From a virus: a stretch of 64,000 nucleotides of DNA. The position numbers were made by a program, and so were the translations under genes. The stretch lies in the IMG/VR virus record IMGVR_UViG_3300035180_000254; one strand, given 5' to 3'. The notes under the pieces are model-generated. The model was not told the origin of the DNA. It saw only the letters and a program-made list of their open reading frames with translations, and searched no databases. Positions 15,831-25,665 of the stretch are shown here, one piece after another. The first letter of the stretch is position 1; the number at the start of each line of letters is the position of its first letter.

Positions 15831-18716
15831 ATGGCGGCAGTTACTCTCGCCGCAAATGCAGCGGCGGGTGCTAGCCTAGTTGGGCCAGCGCCCAACTACA
15901 CGGTATTTGATACCCACACGTTCCCGGCAGCGCCCACGCAGTGGACCACACCGGCGTACGGTAATGGCGTGCTCGTCAGCTTGGCGGACTCGTCATCCGT
16001 CGCTGCGGTATCCACTGATCTGGGTGTTACATGGACTACACAGTCCATCGCGCTAGGTGCGGCCTCATACACAAATCCTGCCTTCGGTGCAGGGCTATTT
16101 GTTGGCCTTGTCTACTCGTCGGCCTCATACATCACGTCGCCTGACGGGACCACATGGACGACCAGAACACTCCCGGCGTCCCATCTCTGGGACTCAATCA
16201 TCTACGGAGGCGGGCAGTTCTGCGCACTGTCCGGTGACGGGTATGCTGCGGCTTCGTCGGACGGACTGAGCTGGACCATAACGGCCATGCCTAGCACAGG
16301 CACTTCACCGTACTGGAATAGCGTCGTCTACGGTAATGGGATGTTTGTCGCTTCTGCCTACGGCAGTGCTGCACAGGCGTCGTCTACCAATGCATTCCAG
16401 AGCGGCAGCACTGCGAACTTATTAAACCCACTAGCAGCCGGGTCGACCGCCAGTCCCGCTACTGCGTTTGGTAGAGGCGTGTTCGTCAGTATTAAAGACG
16501 ACATGGTGGCTCTCTCGACCAACGGTCTGCCGACAACGTACTCGACAATAGGTGCCATACCGACTTCAGGGCGTCAGTGGCAATTGTGCTTCGATGGGCG
16601 AAACTTCATCGCTGTTGAGCCCAACTCCTCAGACATGATTCTTTCGCAGGACGGTCTGACGTGGGTACTGTACTCGCTGCCGATTTCTGGAGCTGATGGG
16701 GTATTTAGCACCAGTGGTGCCGTGATCATCATCCCGGCTGCGGCTGGGACAACCTCCATCACCATCGGGAACGGGCCGACAGCAAGTTCCGCCGCTGCGT
16801 CCGGGGTGCAACTCGCCGCCAACGCTGTCGCCTCAGCCGCATTCTCCACGACGTTTACGTACAACGTAGTCTCGATGTCGGCAACTGCTCTGGCATCCGC
16901 CAGCATGCCGGTGTACACCCCCAGCTACACATCACCGGCGACGTTCTCAGCGCCAGCCACGTCCTCATTTTGGAGGGGCGTCGCGTACGGCAACGGACAG
17001 TTCGTCGCAGTACCTTATGCGGCTGCGTCGGTCGACGTGTCTAGCGACAACGGCGCGACATGGACAACCGTCACGCTAAGTTATCTCGGGGGCAACACCC
17101 AAGTCGCGTACGGAAACGGCCTGTTCGTTATATTCTCGTACCTCTCGACCAGCTACCACACATCGCCTGACGGGTTCACCTGGACCACCAGGACATTGCC
17201 GGCCTCGTATAAGTGGGTCGACCTCGCGTTCGGCGGAGGGCTGTTCTGTGCATTGTCAAATGATGGGTACGCCGCGACATCGGCGGATGGTATAAGCTGG
17301 GTCTTCTCGACCATGCCGACCATACCCACAGGCACGGGGCTTCAGGGATGGAACGGCGTCTGCTACGGCAACGGGGTATTCCGGGCCTGGACTTATGGTG
17401 GCTCCGGGATGCAGGCCATCTCTCCGAGCGGGTTTCAGTCGGCGATAACGTACAACACAAACGACCCGTTCAAGCCTGCCGATGGGCCGCCGTCTGCGTA
17501 CGGGAATGGGAAGTTTGTCTCCATTAGTGGCCAAGTCGTAGCATCGTCACCCAACGGGCTGCACACGACATCGAGCAGCATAGGTTCTATCGCCCCGGCT
17601 GGAACAAACTGGACTATCTCGTTTGACGGCGGGAACTTCATCGCGGTGGCGGGCACCACGACGACCATACTCACGTCCGCAGACGGCGTAACCTGGGCCG
17701 CGCACACAGCGCCGGTGGCCGGAGCTGTGGCATGTAGTGGGAACGGCGTCACGGTCGTGATGCCATCGGACACGGGAACCACGGGATACACCATGCCCGC
17801 TGGCGGCGGGCTGGTTCTTAGCGCCGTCGCACCAATAACTACGGCAACGACCGTAGTTCTCGCGGTAGCGTTCTCTGCTGCTGCGACTGTGCAGGCAGCG
17901 CTCGCTTTCACCAACACGACACTTTCGGCATCTGCAACAGCGATCGCTTCAGCTACGGCAGCACTCAGCACGTCTGGAGTGGTAGCACTTGGGGCTGCAG
18001 GGGTCTCTTCTGCTTCCGCCTCCGCATCAATTATGGTGCAGCGGGTTCTCCTAGCTACTGCGGTGGCTACTGCGGCCACCGGCTGCTCTATCGCCCTATC
18101 GGTGCCGCTCGCCGCCGACGCACACTCGGTTGCATCTGGAAGCCCAGCACTCAGTCTGAGCAAACTGCTCTCGTCCGTCCAGGTTGCCAGCGCAAGCGCC
18201 TCCGCTGGACTGCTGAACTACCCACTGCTGCAAGCCTCTGCCGTAGCGTCAGCGTCTGCGTCGGCCAGCGCCACGATACGGGCCCTGCTAGCCGCCCAGG
18301 CCCAGGCCCAGGCCCAGGCGACTGGCGCTGTCATGCAGGCCGTTCAGCTAGCCGGGACCGGTGCAGCACAAGCCTCCGCGCCTGCTGCGCTGCTGATCAC
18401 CGTACAGATGGGCGCAGCCCCTGCCGCAACCGCTCTGGCATCTTCGGCTGCGTCCATCCAGAAGCTCATGGCAGCATCTCCGGCTGCGGAGGCCTCTGGC
18501 TCAGGCGCGATCCTCCAGACCTACTCGCTGGCCGCTGGTGCGCAGGCGCAGGCGAGCATGGTGCCGAACTTCTCCACCGCTATGACCCTGAGCGCCCAGG
18601 CATACGCAACAGCGACCATGTCTGCGTCAATCACCAGCGGCTTCGTGTTCAAGTCGAACCGGCTGCGCACGATCATCGTCCCAGCTGAGGCCAGGATGGT
18701 CAAATCTAACATCTAA
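15831..18716 (+). CDS. putative tail spike/receptor-binding protein with two tandem BNR (Asp-box) propeller-like domains and an Ala-rich repeat tail
   Basis: 961 aa. Eight S-x-D-x-G-x-(T/S)-W boxes arranged 4+4 (STDLGVTW, SPDGTTW, SSDGLSW, SQDGLTW / SSDNGATW, SPDGFTW, SADGISW, SADGVTW). Duplicated YGNG.FV motifs. C-terminal repeats of about 20 aa (L.A.A.ASASA). Ends IIVPAEAR. Confidence 0.7.
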   Translation: MAAVTLAANAAAGASLVGPAPNYTVFDTHTFPAAPTQWTTPAYGNGVLVSLADSSSVAAVSTDLGVTWTTQSIALGAASYTNPAFGAGLFVGLVYSSASYITSPDGTTWTTRTLPASHLWDSIIYGGGQFCALSGDGYAAASSDGLSWTITAMPSTGTSPYWNSVVYGNGMFVASAYGSAAQASSTNAFQSGSTANLLNPLAAGSTASPATAFGRGVFVSIKDDMVALSTNGLPTTYSTIGAIPTSGRQWQLCFDGRNFIAVEPNSSDMILSQDGLTWVLYSLPISGADGVFSTSGAVIIIPAAAGTTSITIGNGPTASSAAASGVQLAANAVASAAFSTTFTYNVVSMSATALASASMPVYTPSYTSPATFSAPATSSFWRGVAYGNGQFVAVPYAAASVDVSSDNGATWTTVTLSYLGGNTQVAYGNGLFVIFSYLSTSYHTSPDGFTWTTRTLPASYKWVDLAFGGGLFCALSNDGYAATSADGISWVFSTMPTIPTGTGLQGWNGVCYGNGVFRAWTYGGSGMQAISPSGFQSAITYNTNDPFKPADGPPSAYGNGKFVSISGQVVASSPNGLHTTSSSIGSIAPAGTNWTISFDGGNFIAVAGTTTTILTSADGVTWAAHTAPVAGAVACSGNGVTVVMPSDTGTTGYTMPAGGGLVLSAVAPITTATTVVLAVAFSAAATVQAALAFTNTTLSASATAIASATAALSTSGVVALGAAGVSSASASASIMVQRVLLATAVATAATGCSIALSVPLAADAHSVASGSPALSLSKLLSSVQVASASASAGLLNYPLLQASAVASASASASATIRALLAAQAQAQAQATGAVMQAVQLAGTGAAQASAPAALLITVQMGAAPAATALASSAASIQKLMAASPAAEASGSGAILQTYSLAAGAQAQASMVPNFSTAMTLSAQAYATATMSASITSGFVFKSNRLRTIIVPAEARMVKSNI

Positions 18717-18725
18717 TATAGAATA
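18704..18725 (+). promoter_or_regulatory. AT-rich 22-bp element (candidate promoter)
   Basis: ATCTAACATCTAATATAGAATA overlaps the stop of the spike gene. The next ATG (18733) is 7 nt downstream with no SD. Confidence 0.45.
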
Positions 18726-18732
18726 CCCCACC

Positions 18733-19878
18733 ATGGACATCAAAGCGTTCCGAGGTCTCAACAACGTGACCGACCCTTTGCGGCTCGGTCTGGACTGGCT
18801 CGTCCAAGCAGACAACGTGAACGTGACCAGCACCGGCTCCCTCGTCAGCCGTGAGGGGTACAGCCAGTCTCTGGTGGGCAACTACACCGCCATCTACAGC
18901 ACCCAGGACTACCAGCGCTGCTACGTCGTCAAGGCAGGCGTACTGCAGACCTTCGAGGGCGCTCAACTCATAACTCTAATTTCGAACGCACAGATGTTCT
19001 GGGCCGAAGTGAACGGCCAGGTCTTCTTCAACAACGGCACCGACAGCGGTGTGATCCTGCCGGACAACACCGTGCTGCCGTGGGCCTGGGCCACGCCGAC
19101 GCCGCCCGCTGTGTCGGCCTCCACCGGCAACCTGCCTGCTGGCGTCTACCAGGTGCGCTGCTCCTTCGTGCTGCCCGACGGGCGCGAGACCGGCACCGGT
19201 GACTCCGCTGAGATTTACCTCGACGGCTCCCAGGCGCTGGTGATCTCCAACATCCCGCAGGCTGGCGGTGTGACGAACGTCTACATCGCACCGGCCAACA
19301 GCGACGTGTACCAGCTGGCCTACGTCACCGTGGCCAAGAGCCTGACCTTCAACGGCTCCATCGACACCCTCGGGCGCGACCTGCTCAACGCCTTCTTGGA
19401 CCCGCTGCCTGCTGGGTCCAGCGTGATCCAGCACTGGAAGGGCTGCATCTACGCCGCGCAGTACATGCCCAATGAGAAGCAGACCGTGGTCTGGTTCACT
19501 GAGCCTCTGGGTTTCCACCTGTTCAACTTGAACAGCAACTTCTTCATCGTGCCTGGCCAAGTCCTGATGCTGGCCCCGCACGACGACGCACTGATCATCG
19601 GCACCGATGCACGTGTGTTTGCCTACACCGGTGACAAGCTCCAAGAGCTGGCCGACTACGGCGTCATCCCTGGCCAGCACTGGGCCGAGGACGATGACCG
19701 CATCCTGTTCTGGACACTGCGGGGCCTGTGCGCCGCGCTGCCCTTCAAGAATCTTACCGAGCGCCAAGTTTCAGTGGCGCCAGGTCTTAGTGCTGGCGGG
19801 GCCATTGTGCGCAGTGGCGGGCAAAAACGCTATGTCGTTGCACTCCATGCTGGAGGGTATCCATTCAATGCTAAATAG
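18733..19878 (+). CDS. hypothetical tail protein
   Basis: 381 aa. MDIKAFRGLNNVTDPLRL N-terminus as in podophage tail/nozzle-associated proteins (uncertain). Confidence 0.6.
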   Translation: MDIKAFRGLNNVTDPLRLGLDWLVQADNVNVTSTGSLVSREGYSQSLVGNYTAIYSTQDYQRCYVVKAGVLQTFEGAQLITLISNAQMFWAEVNGQVFFNNGTDSGVILPDNTVLPWAWATPTPPAVSASTGNLPAGVYQVRCSFVLPDGRETGTGDSAEIYLDGSQALVISNIPQAGGVTNVYIAPANSDVYQLAYVTVAKSLTFNGSIDTLGRDLLNAFLDPLPAGSSVIQHWKGCIYAAQYMPNEKQTVVWFTEPLGFHLFNLNSNFFIVPGQVLMLAPHDDALIIGTDARVFAYTGDKLQELADYGVIPGQHWAEDDDRILFWTLRGLCAALPFKNLTERQVSVAPGLSAGGAIVRSGGQKRYVVALHAGGYPFNAK

Positions 19879-20038
19879 CCTATATCGTGCCGGTTGGGTG
19901 GAGCTTGCGCTTCTCAGCTACGTACGCTTGGTGCGCGGAATCTTTGGTTGGGTACGTGCCAATCGAAGATAGCTGACTGAGCGTACACATGAACTTTACC
20001 CCACTTTTCTTCAATCGTTACTCCTAAAGGAACTCATC

Positions 20039-20788
20039 ATGACTTTGCGTCTCTCTACCGGTACTCGTACCGGCCTGGCTGGCAACGGCGGCTTCGGCGA
20101 GCTGTTCAAGAACGGCTCCATCGGCATCTACTCTGGCACTCAGCCTGCTACCGCTGATGCTGCAGTGACCGGCACCCTGCTGGGCACAGTGACGGCGGCC
20201 TCCGCCGCCCTGACCCAGGAGACCCGCGCCACCGGCAACGTAACCATCACTGGCGCCACCGGCAGCATCACCGCCGTGACCGTCGGTACGTTCAACATCA
20301 TCCCGAACGAGACCATCCCCTACAACACCAGCACCACCCAGACCGCCTCAGACCTGGCTGATGCAGTGAACCGCAACGGCTACTACCTGGCCTCAGCCTC
20401 TGGCGCTGTCGTGACCCTGACCCCCAAGGCTGGCACTGGCGCTGTCCACAACGGCTACGTCGTGGCCGCGACTAGCACCTTGACCGTCACCACCGGCAAT
20501 ATCGCCAGTGGCGTGAACCCTGCCAACGGCCTGGTGTTCACCCCCGCTGCTAGCGGCACGGTGTCGAAGTCCGGCGTGTGGAGCTTCAATGGCGTAGCCG
20601 CAGGCACTGCTGGCTGGTTCCGCCTGATTGGCTCTGCCGCTGATGCTGGCGCTCTGTCGACCACCCTGCCCCGCATGGATGGCTCCATCGCTACCTCCGG
20701 CGCAGACCTGAACCTGTCGAACATCGCCATCGCCATCGGTGCGCCGACCACCATCGACTCCTTCGTCTTCACTGTGCCCGCACAGTAA
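20039..20788 (+). CDS. hypothetical virion protein
   Basis: 249 aa, AAAGGA SD, A/T/G-rich. C-terminal GTAGWFRLIGSAADAGALSTTLPRMDGSIATSGADLNLS motif. Confidence 0.6.
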   Translation: MTLRLSTGTRTGLAGNGGFGELFKNGSIGIYSGTQPATADAAVTGTLLGTVTAASAALTQETRATGNVTITGATGSITAVTVGTFNIIPNETIPYNTSTTQTASDLADAVNRNGYYLASASGAVVTLTPKAGTGAVHNGYVVAATSTLTVTTGNIASGVNPANGLVFTPAASGTVSKSGVWSFNGVAAGTAGWFRLIGSAADAGALSTTLPRMDGSIATSGADLNLSNIAIAIGAPTTIDSFVFTVPAQ

Positions 20789-20793
20789 GCCCT

Positions 20794-22662
20794 GTGGAAC
20801 ACCGGCTGATTCAAGGTGGTGAGCAGTTCCTCCCGTTTGCCCGCAGTCGCATCAAAGCTCTGCGGGCGACGGGGCTGCAACACGCGAGTCAGCAGTTCGA
20901 GATCGACGGTGTTTCCATCAAAGCCCGCATTGACGGCGAGCACGACTACATCACCCTCTCGGGAGGCGTCAGCATCCTGAGTGGCGTGGTGCAGGGCGGC
21001 ACCATCGTCAGCGCCCCGCCGCCCGGCTCCCCACCAGGCACAGCCTCAGTCCCATCCCTGAGCAAGTTCAAGCCCACGACCCAGTGCTACAAGCTGGCCC
21101 TGGGCAGTGACCCGGCCAAGAGCCCGAATACCTACAACTACGAGCCCAAACTGTCCACGCTGCGCGACAGCTCCATCACCACCGCATCCTACTTCGGCCA
21201 CACGACCAGCCAGCACGGTGACCTGCGTGCCAGCATGTACTCCGGCATCATGGCGAAGGTCGTCCAGTTCCTGGTGGGCCTGGGGCGGACAAAGGTCAAC
21301 CCGGCAGATGTGGTGGTCAAGTACAACTGGCAGTTCTCAGTCTGCCACGGTGTGATCCTCGACCCAGATAAGAAGCCGTGGCTGGTGGAGATCAGTGCGG
21401 CGCGTGGCGTCATCGCCATGAAGTTGCCGATGCTGGCTGGCAAGAAGACTGGTTCCGACGCACTGCGCGAGATGGTCAAGCTGATCGGCGGCATCCCTAC
21501 CGGAGAGACATTCCCGGCGAGCATCACGGCAGGTCTTGCGGCAGGCACGATCTTCCAGCTAATCTCAGTCGCTGGCATGTCAGCGTTCTTCGGGAAGACC
21601 TCATACAGCGATGACATGGGGTGGTCATTCGATGACACCGGTAGCGAGGCGCACAACACCTGCCTGGGGGTGATCAGTGGGGCCAACGGCGGATACCACT
21701 ACAAGCTAGGGTTTACGTTTGCTCAGAATCCAGACAAGACCTATACCCCTTCGGCTTCGCTCACCCAGGTCAGCGCGAACAAACTGAGCCACGCACCGTC
21801 TTTCAGCTTCTTCGACCGGACGAACGTGTCGGGGTCTGGAACCGGCAATACCTCGCTTTCTGCAAACGCACTTGCCGACGCGGAGTCGCCAACACTACTC
21901 GCATGCCACATCAACGGGCAGCTTGTGCTTGTGCAAAATCTGGACGGCAAAGGCAGCGTGCTTTCGAGCGTCACTACAGGGTCTGGCACCATCCCAATAC
22001 CCGCGACATATTTCCCTGGGCACGACCCGGCCAATCCGCCAGTCCAGATACTGGTCCCTGCTCACATCTCGTTCAATCAGACTGCGGTTACTGAACCGAC
22101 GTACGGGCTGCGCATCACGGGGACTGAATTCTCTACACCAGAGACCACCTCGATCTTCGACCAGAATCCAGTGATAACTAACGAGCTCGACTATTTCCAG
22201 GTCGACGCCGCAACCACCATCCAGCCAGTGTGGGCACTGGCTGGATGGTGGTGTAGCGGGTGCAGGGATGGGTTCCGCATAGTGGCGCGAACTGCAAGTG
22301 TCGGCATCTCCAGGACATCTTCCTACATCGGTTCCACATACCCCGGAGGCCCGCAGACGTTCCCGACGTACCCGGCTGACACAACTGCGGACAACAGGTA
22401 CTTCACTGGCATCGTGTTCCGCGAGCAGTTGGTGCCATACAAGTCGGCCTTATACAGCGTAGCACCGACACTGACCGACGGCTGGGCGGGAATAACTCCG
22501 CGCCCCCAATACGACATTGTGTACAGCACCTTCGGTGCCACGCCGCAGATGGTCCACACCGAGTGGGACGGGGCAAACTATGCGACCCACACCACGGGCG
22601 CCTTAGCTGATGCCGCGAGCTACACCCCCAACTACTACTCCTACGTGGGATACACAACATGA
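20794..22662 (+). CDS. hypothetical tail protein
   Basis: 622 aa. The track start is a GTG 6 nt after the previous stop, with no ATG alternative. Coding-like throughout. Confidence 0.6.
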   Translation: MEHRLIQGGEQFLPFARSRIKALRATGLQHASQQFEIDGVSIKARIDGEHDYITLSGGVSILSGVVQGGTIVSAPPPGSPPGTASVPSLSKFKPTTQCYKLALGSDPAKSPNTYNYEPKLSTLRDSSITTASYFGHTTSQHGDLRASMYSGIMAKVVQFLVGLGRTKVNPADVVVKYNWQFSVCHGVILDPDKKPWLVEISAARGVIAMKLPMLAGKKTGSDALREMVKLIGGIPTGETFPASITAGLAAGTIFQLISVAGMSAFFGKTSYSDDMGWSFDDTGSEAHNTCLGVISGANGGYHYKLGFTFAQNPDKTYTPSASLTQVSANKLSHAPSFSFFDRTNVSGSGTGNTSLSANALADAESPTLLACHINGQLVLVQNLDGKGSVLSSVTTGSGTIPIPATYFPGHDPANPPVQILVPAHISFNQTAVTEPTYGLRITGTEFSTPETTSIFDQNPVITNELDYFQVDAATTIQPVWALAGWWCSGCRDGFRIVARTASVGISRTSSYIGSTYPGGPQTFPTYPADTTADNRYFTGIVFREQLVPYKSALYSVAPTLTDGWAGITPRPQYDIVYSTFGATPQMVHTEWDGANYATHTTGALADAASYTPNYYSYVGYTT

Positions 22663-23735
22663 GCAATGACGCCAACCTGATCTACATTGCGCCCACCGTG
22701 GCAGCGTATGGTGGCGCGAACATCGCCTGGCAGATGCCCTTCCCCGTGCTGGCAGCGGCGGGCCACGACGCGAGCGGTGAGCGGGCCTTCGCGGGCACCA
22801 TGCCGTCTGCCACGCTGTCTGCCCGAGGCGGCGCGAATGCTGCACTCGAAGCACCCATGGGGCTGCTCACCATCACGGCCACATCCGTCGGGTTGGGCAC
22901 TGCCGCGCTGGCCATGCCCGCACCTACGCTCGCCTCCAGCGCCACAGCCACAGGCAAGGGCAGCGCAGCGCTGACCTTCGGCTCCATCGGGGTGAACACC
23001 TACAGCCTGGTGGGCTACTCCGGCGCGGTGCTCTCCGTGACTCTGACTGGCGGCTACACCCTCGCGGCCACCGGCACCACCGGCAACGTGGGCGGCGCTG
23101 CCCTCACGCTGCCTCTGTACGACCTGACGGCCTCTGGCTCCCAGCCCAACATGGGCGACGCCTCGCTGCTCATGCCCTCTGCGCGGTTGGGTGCCCAGGC
23201 CCAGGCATGGCTGGCCATGCCGAGCGCCACGCTCACCGCCGTCGGCACCGCCGTGGTGGCCGTGACCTACGAGGCCTATGCAGTGAACCTGAACCACACC
23301 CCCCGCCCCGGCGTGGACCTTGTGGACGAAGTGACCCACTACACGAACTACGCGTTTGATCGCATCGTGCGCTACAAGAACAGCTACTACGGCATGAACA
23401 GCACTGGCCTGTACCTGCTCGAAGGTGTGACCACGGACACCTGGGCCGTGCAGACCGCCGAGACGGACTTCAAGTCTGCGCAGAAGAAAACCGTGGAGAC
23501 GGCCTACTTCGGCGGGCGCATGCCACCGGCCAGCACCGTGAGTCTGATCGCCCGCGAGAACGCAGCCAACACCTACAACTACACCACCCCGCGCGGGGCT
23601 CACGCGCAGAACTATCGCCAAGCCTTTGGGCGCGGCATCAAGGCTCGGTACTACGCCCTCGGCCTGTCCGGCACCGATCATTTTGACCTCGACTCCGTCA
23701 CGCTCAATGTGACCACCCTCGCACGAAAGGTATAA
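22659..23735 (+). CDS. hypothetical virion protein with N-terminal repeats of about 21 aa
   Basis: 358 aa with ATGA overlap. Repeats A(L).MP..TL.A.G... in residues about 40-190. Globular C-terminal half ending GRGIKARYYALGLSG. Confidence 0.6.
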   Translation: MSNDANLIYIAPTVAAYGGANIAWQMPFPVLAAAGHDASGERAFAGTMPSATLSARGGANAALEAPMGLLTITATSVGLGTAALAMPAPTLASSATATGKGSAALTFGSIGVNTYSLVGYSGAVLSVTLTGGYTLAATGTTGNVGGAALTLPLYDLTASGSQPNMGDASLLMPSARLGAQAQAWLAMPSATLTAVGTAVVAVTYEAYAVNLNHTPRPGVDLVDEVTHYTNYAFDRIVRYKNSYYGMNSTGLYLLEGVTTDTWAVQTAETDFKSAQKKTVETAYFGGRMPPASTVSLIARENAANTYNYTTPRGAHAQNYRQAFGRGIKARYYALGLSGTDHFDLDSVTLNVTTLARKV

Positions 23736-23738
23736 GCC

Positions 23739-25640
23739 ATGGCCGCAGATGTCACCTCCCTAATCTCCAACGCGCAGGGTTACACGACCTCGCTCGTCAC
23801 GCAGGCGACCAATGCCATGCAGCAGGCCGTCACCACGGCTGGTTCCATTGGCTACTCTGTGCCGAACTACACGCTGGCCACACTGCCGAACTTGCCCAGC
23901 GCCACCATCGACCTCACACTGCCCACGCTGACCGACGCCACGATGGAAGCGCCACCCGAGCCGACTGATGGCCTCGTGTTCCAGGACATCCCGACCATGG
24001 ACGCAGGCGTGGCTCCCAGCCTGGCCGCGACCCTGCCCACGATCACGCTGCCGACCGACCCGTCCCAGCTCGCAGCCTTCACCGATGTGGCTCCGGCCAT
24101 CAACACCTCCATCGCATTCCCTGACCCTCCGGCTGCGCTGCTGGACCCGCTCCTGGACGCACCCACCTTCGCAGACCACGCTGTGCCGGACGCGCCCCAG
24201 GTGCTGCTGCCTTCGTTCACGGCCACTGCGCCCGTGGATGGCACCGTCGCGCCGACGAACCTGGATACGGTGTTCGGCAACTCGTACGCCAGCGCTGCAC
24301 CCAGCATGCAGGCTGCTGTGGCCGGGTATGTGGACTCCATGATGGCGAAGTACAACCCGCAGTACAGCGCCCAGATGTCGGCCATCGAAGCCCAGCTGAG
24401 CAAGTACCTGGCGGGCGGCACCGGACTGAACGCTGCTGCCGAGAACGCCATCTACGAACGCAGCAAGAGCAAGGTCAACGCCGAGGCACTGCGTGTGCGT
24501 GACCAGGCCCTGGCCGACGCTGCCACACGCGGCTTCACCATGCCCAGCGGCGCGCTCCTGTCTGCTACCCAGCAGGCACGCCAAGGCGGTGCCGACAACA
24601 ACGCCCGCGCCGCTGCCGAGATCGTGGTCATGCAGGCTGAGATGGAGCAGAAGAACCTCCAGTTCGCCGTGACCACTTCCACCGGTCTGCGTACCTCCAT
24701 GCTGAACGCGGCGCTCTCCTACATGCAGAACCTGTCCACCATCAACGGCCAGGCTCTGGAGTACGGCAAGACTGTGCTGAATGCCGTGGTCGAGACCTAC
24801 AACACTGCGGTGAAGGCATTCGAGGTGAAGCTCGAAGCCTACAAGGCCGATGCCATGGTCTATGAGACCCGACTCAAAGCGGCCATGGCTGGGGTGGAGC
24901 TGTACAAGGCAGAGATCGACGCACTGCAAGCACTGACCACTGTGGACCACGCCGAGATCGAGATCTACCGCGCTCGCATTGAATCCCTCGTCTCTGTGTC
25001 CAACCTGTACCGCACGCAGATCGAAGCGGTGCAGGGCCGCGTCGGACTGGAGAAGCTGAAGCTCGAAATGTTCCAAGCCCAGGTGCAGACCTACGCCACT
25101 CAGGTGCAGGCCAAGAGCGCCGAGTGGCAGGGCTATACCGCCGCCATCGGTGGACAGACTGCCAAGGCCCAGGTCTACGAGACCCAGGTCCGCGCCTTCG
25201 GTGCCCAGGTGAACGCCTACCAAGCCGTCGTGTCTGCCAAGGCCGAGGTGATCCGCGCCGCTGCCGCGACCAATCAGGCCCGCGCCAGCCAGTATCAGGC
25301 CCAGATGAGCGGCTACAGCACACTGGTGCAAGCCCGTGGTGAGGTGGCCCGCACTAAGATCGAAAACCAGCGTCAGGTGATCCTGGCCTACCAAGCCAAG
25401 GTGCAGGCGCAGATCGGCAACGCCCAGGTCCAGCAGAGCTACTACAAGGCCGCTGCCGATGTCGCCATCGCTCGTGCAGAAGGCGACATCAAAGCCCAGA
25501 TCGCGGGCATCGACAGCCAGCGCGCATTCAACACGACGATCAGCCAGCTGGGCACGGCGAATGCGAACATCTTTGCCAACCTGGCCAGCTCGGCGCTCTC
25601 GGGCATGAACACCCTGGTGGCGCAGACTGCGGCGAGCTAA
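23739..25640 (+). CDS. putative internal virion/ejection protein (long coiled coil)
   Basis: 633 aa. Pro-rich N-terminal third, then a Q/A-rich heptad region of about 350 aa. Position precedes the other large internal proteins. Confidence 0.55.
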   Translation: MAADVTSLISNAQGYTTSLVTQATNAMQQAVTTAGSIGYSVPNYTLATLPNLPSATIDLTLPTLTDATMEAPPEPTDGLVFQDIPTMDAGVAPSLAATLPTITLPTDPSQLAAFTDVAPAINTSIAFPDPPAALLDPLLDAPTFADHAVPDAPQVLLPSFTATAPVDGTVAPTNLDTVFGNSYASAAPSMQAAVAGYVDSMMAKYNPQYSAQMSAIEAQLSKYLAGGTGLNAAAENAIYERSKSKVNAEALRVRDQALADAATRGFTMPSGALLSATQQARQGGADNNARAAAEIVVMQAEMEQKNLQFAVTTSTGLRTSMLNAALSYMQNLSTINGQALEYGKTVLNAVVETYNTAVKAFEVKLEAYKADAMVYETRLKAAMAGVELYKAEIDALQALTTVDHAEIEIYRARIESLVSVSNLYRTQIEAVQGRVGLEKLKLEMFQAQVQTYATQVQAKSAEWQGYTAAIGGQTAKAQVYETQVRAFGAQVNAYQAVVSAKAEVIRAAAATNQARASQYQAQMSGYSTLVQARGEVARTKIENQRQVILAYQAKVQAQIGNAQVQQSYYKAAADVAIARAEGDIKAQIAGIDSQRAFNTTISQLGTANANIFANLASSALSGMNTLVAQTAAS

Positions 25641-25665
25641 GATGTGGCCTCAGATTGGAGGCCAT

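Noticed and set aside
13091-18716. Diversity-generating retroelement targeting the repeat fibre or spike (BPP-1-like idea)
   Set aside because: No reverse transcriptase gene and no template/variable repeat pair with adenine-specific differences is visible in the window. The internal duplications are diverged at the protein level only.
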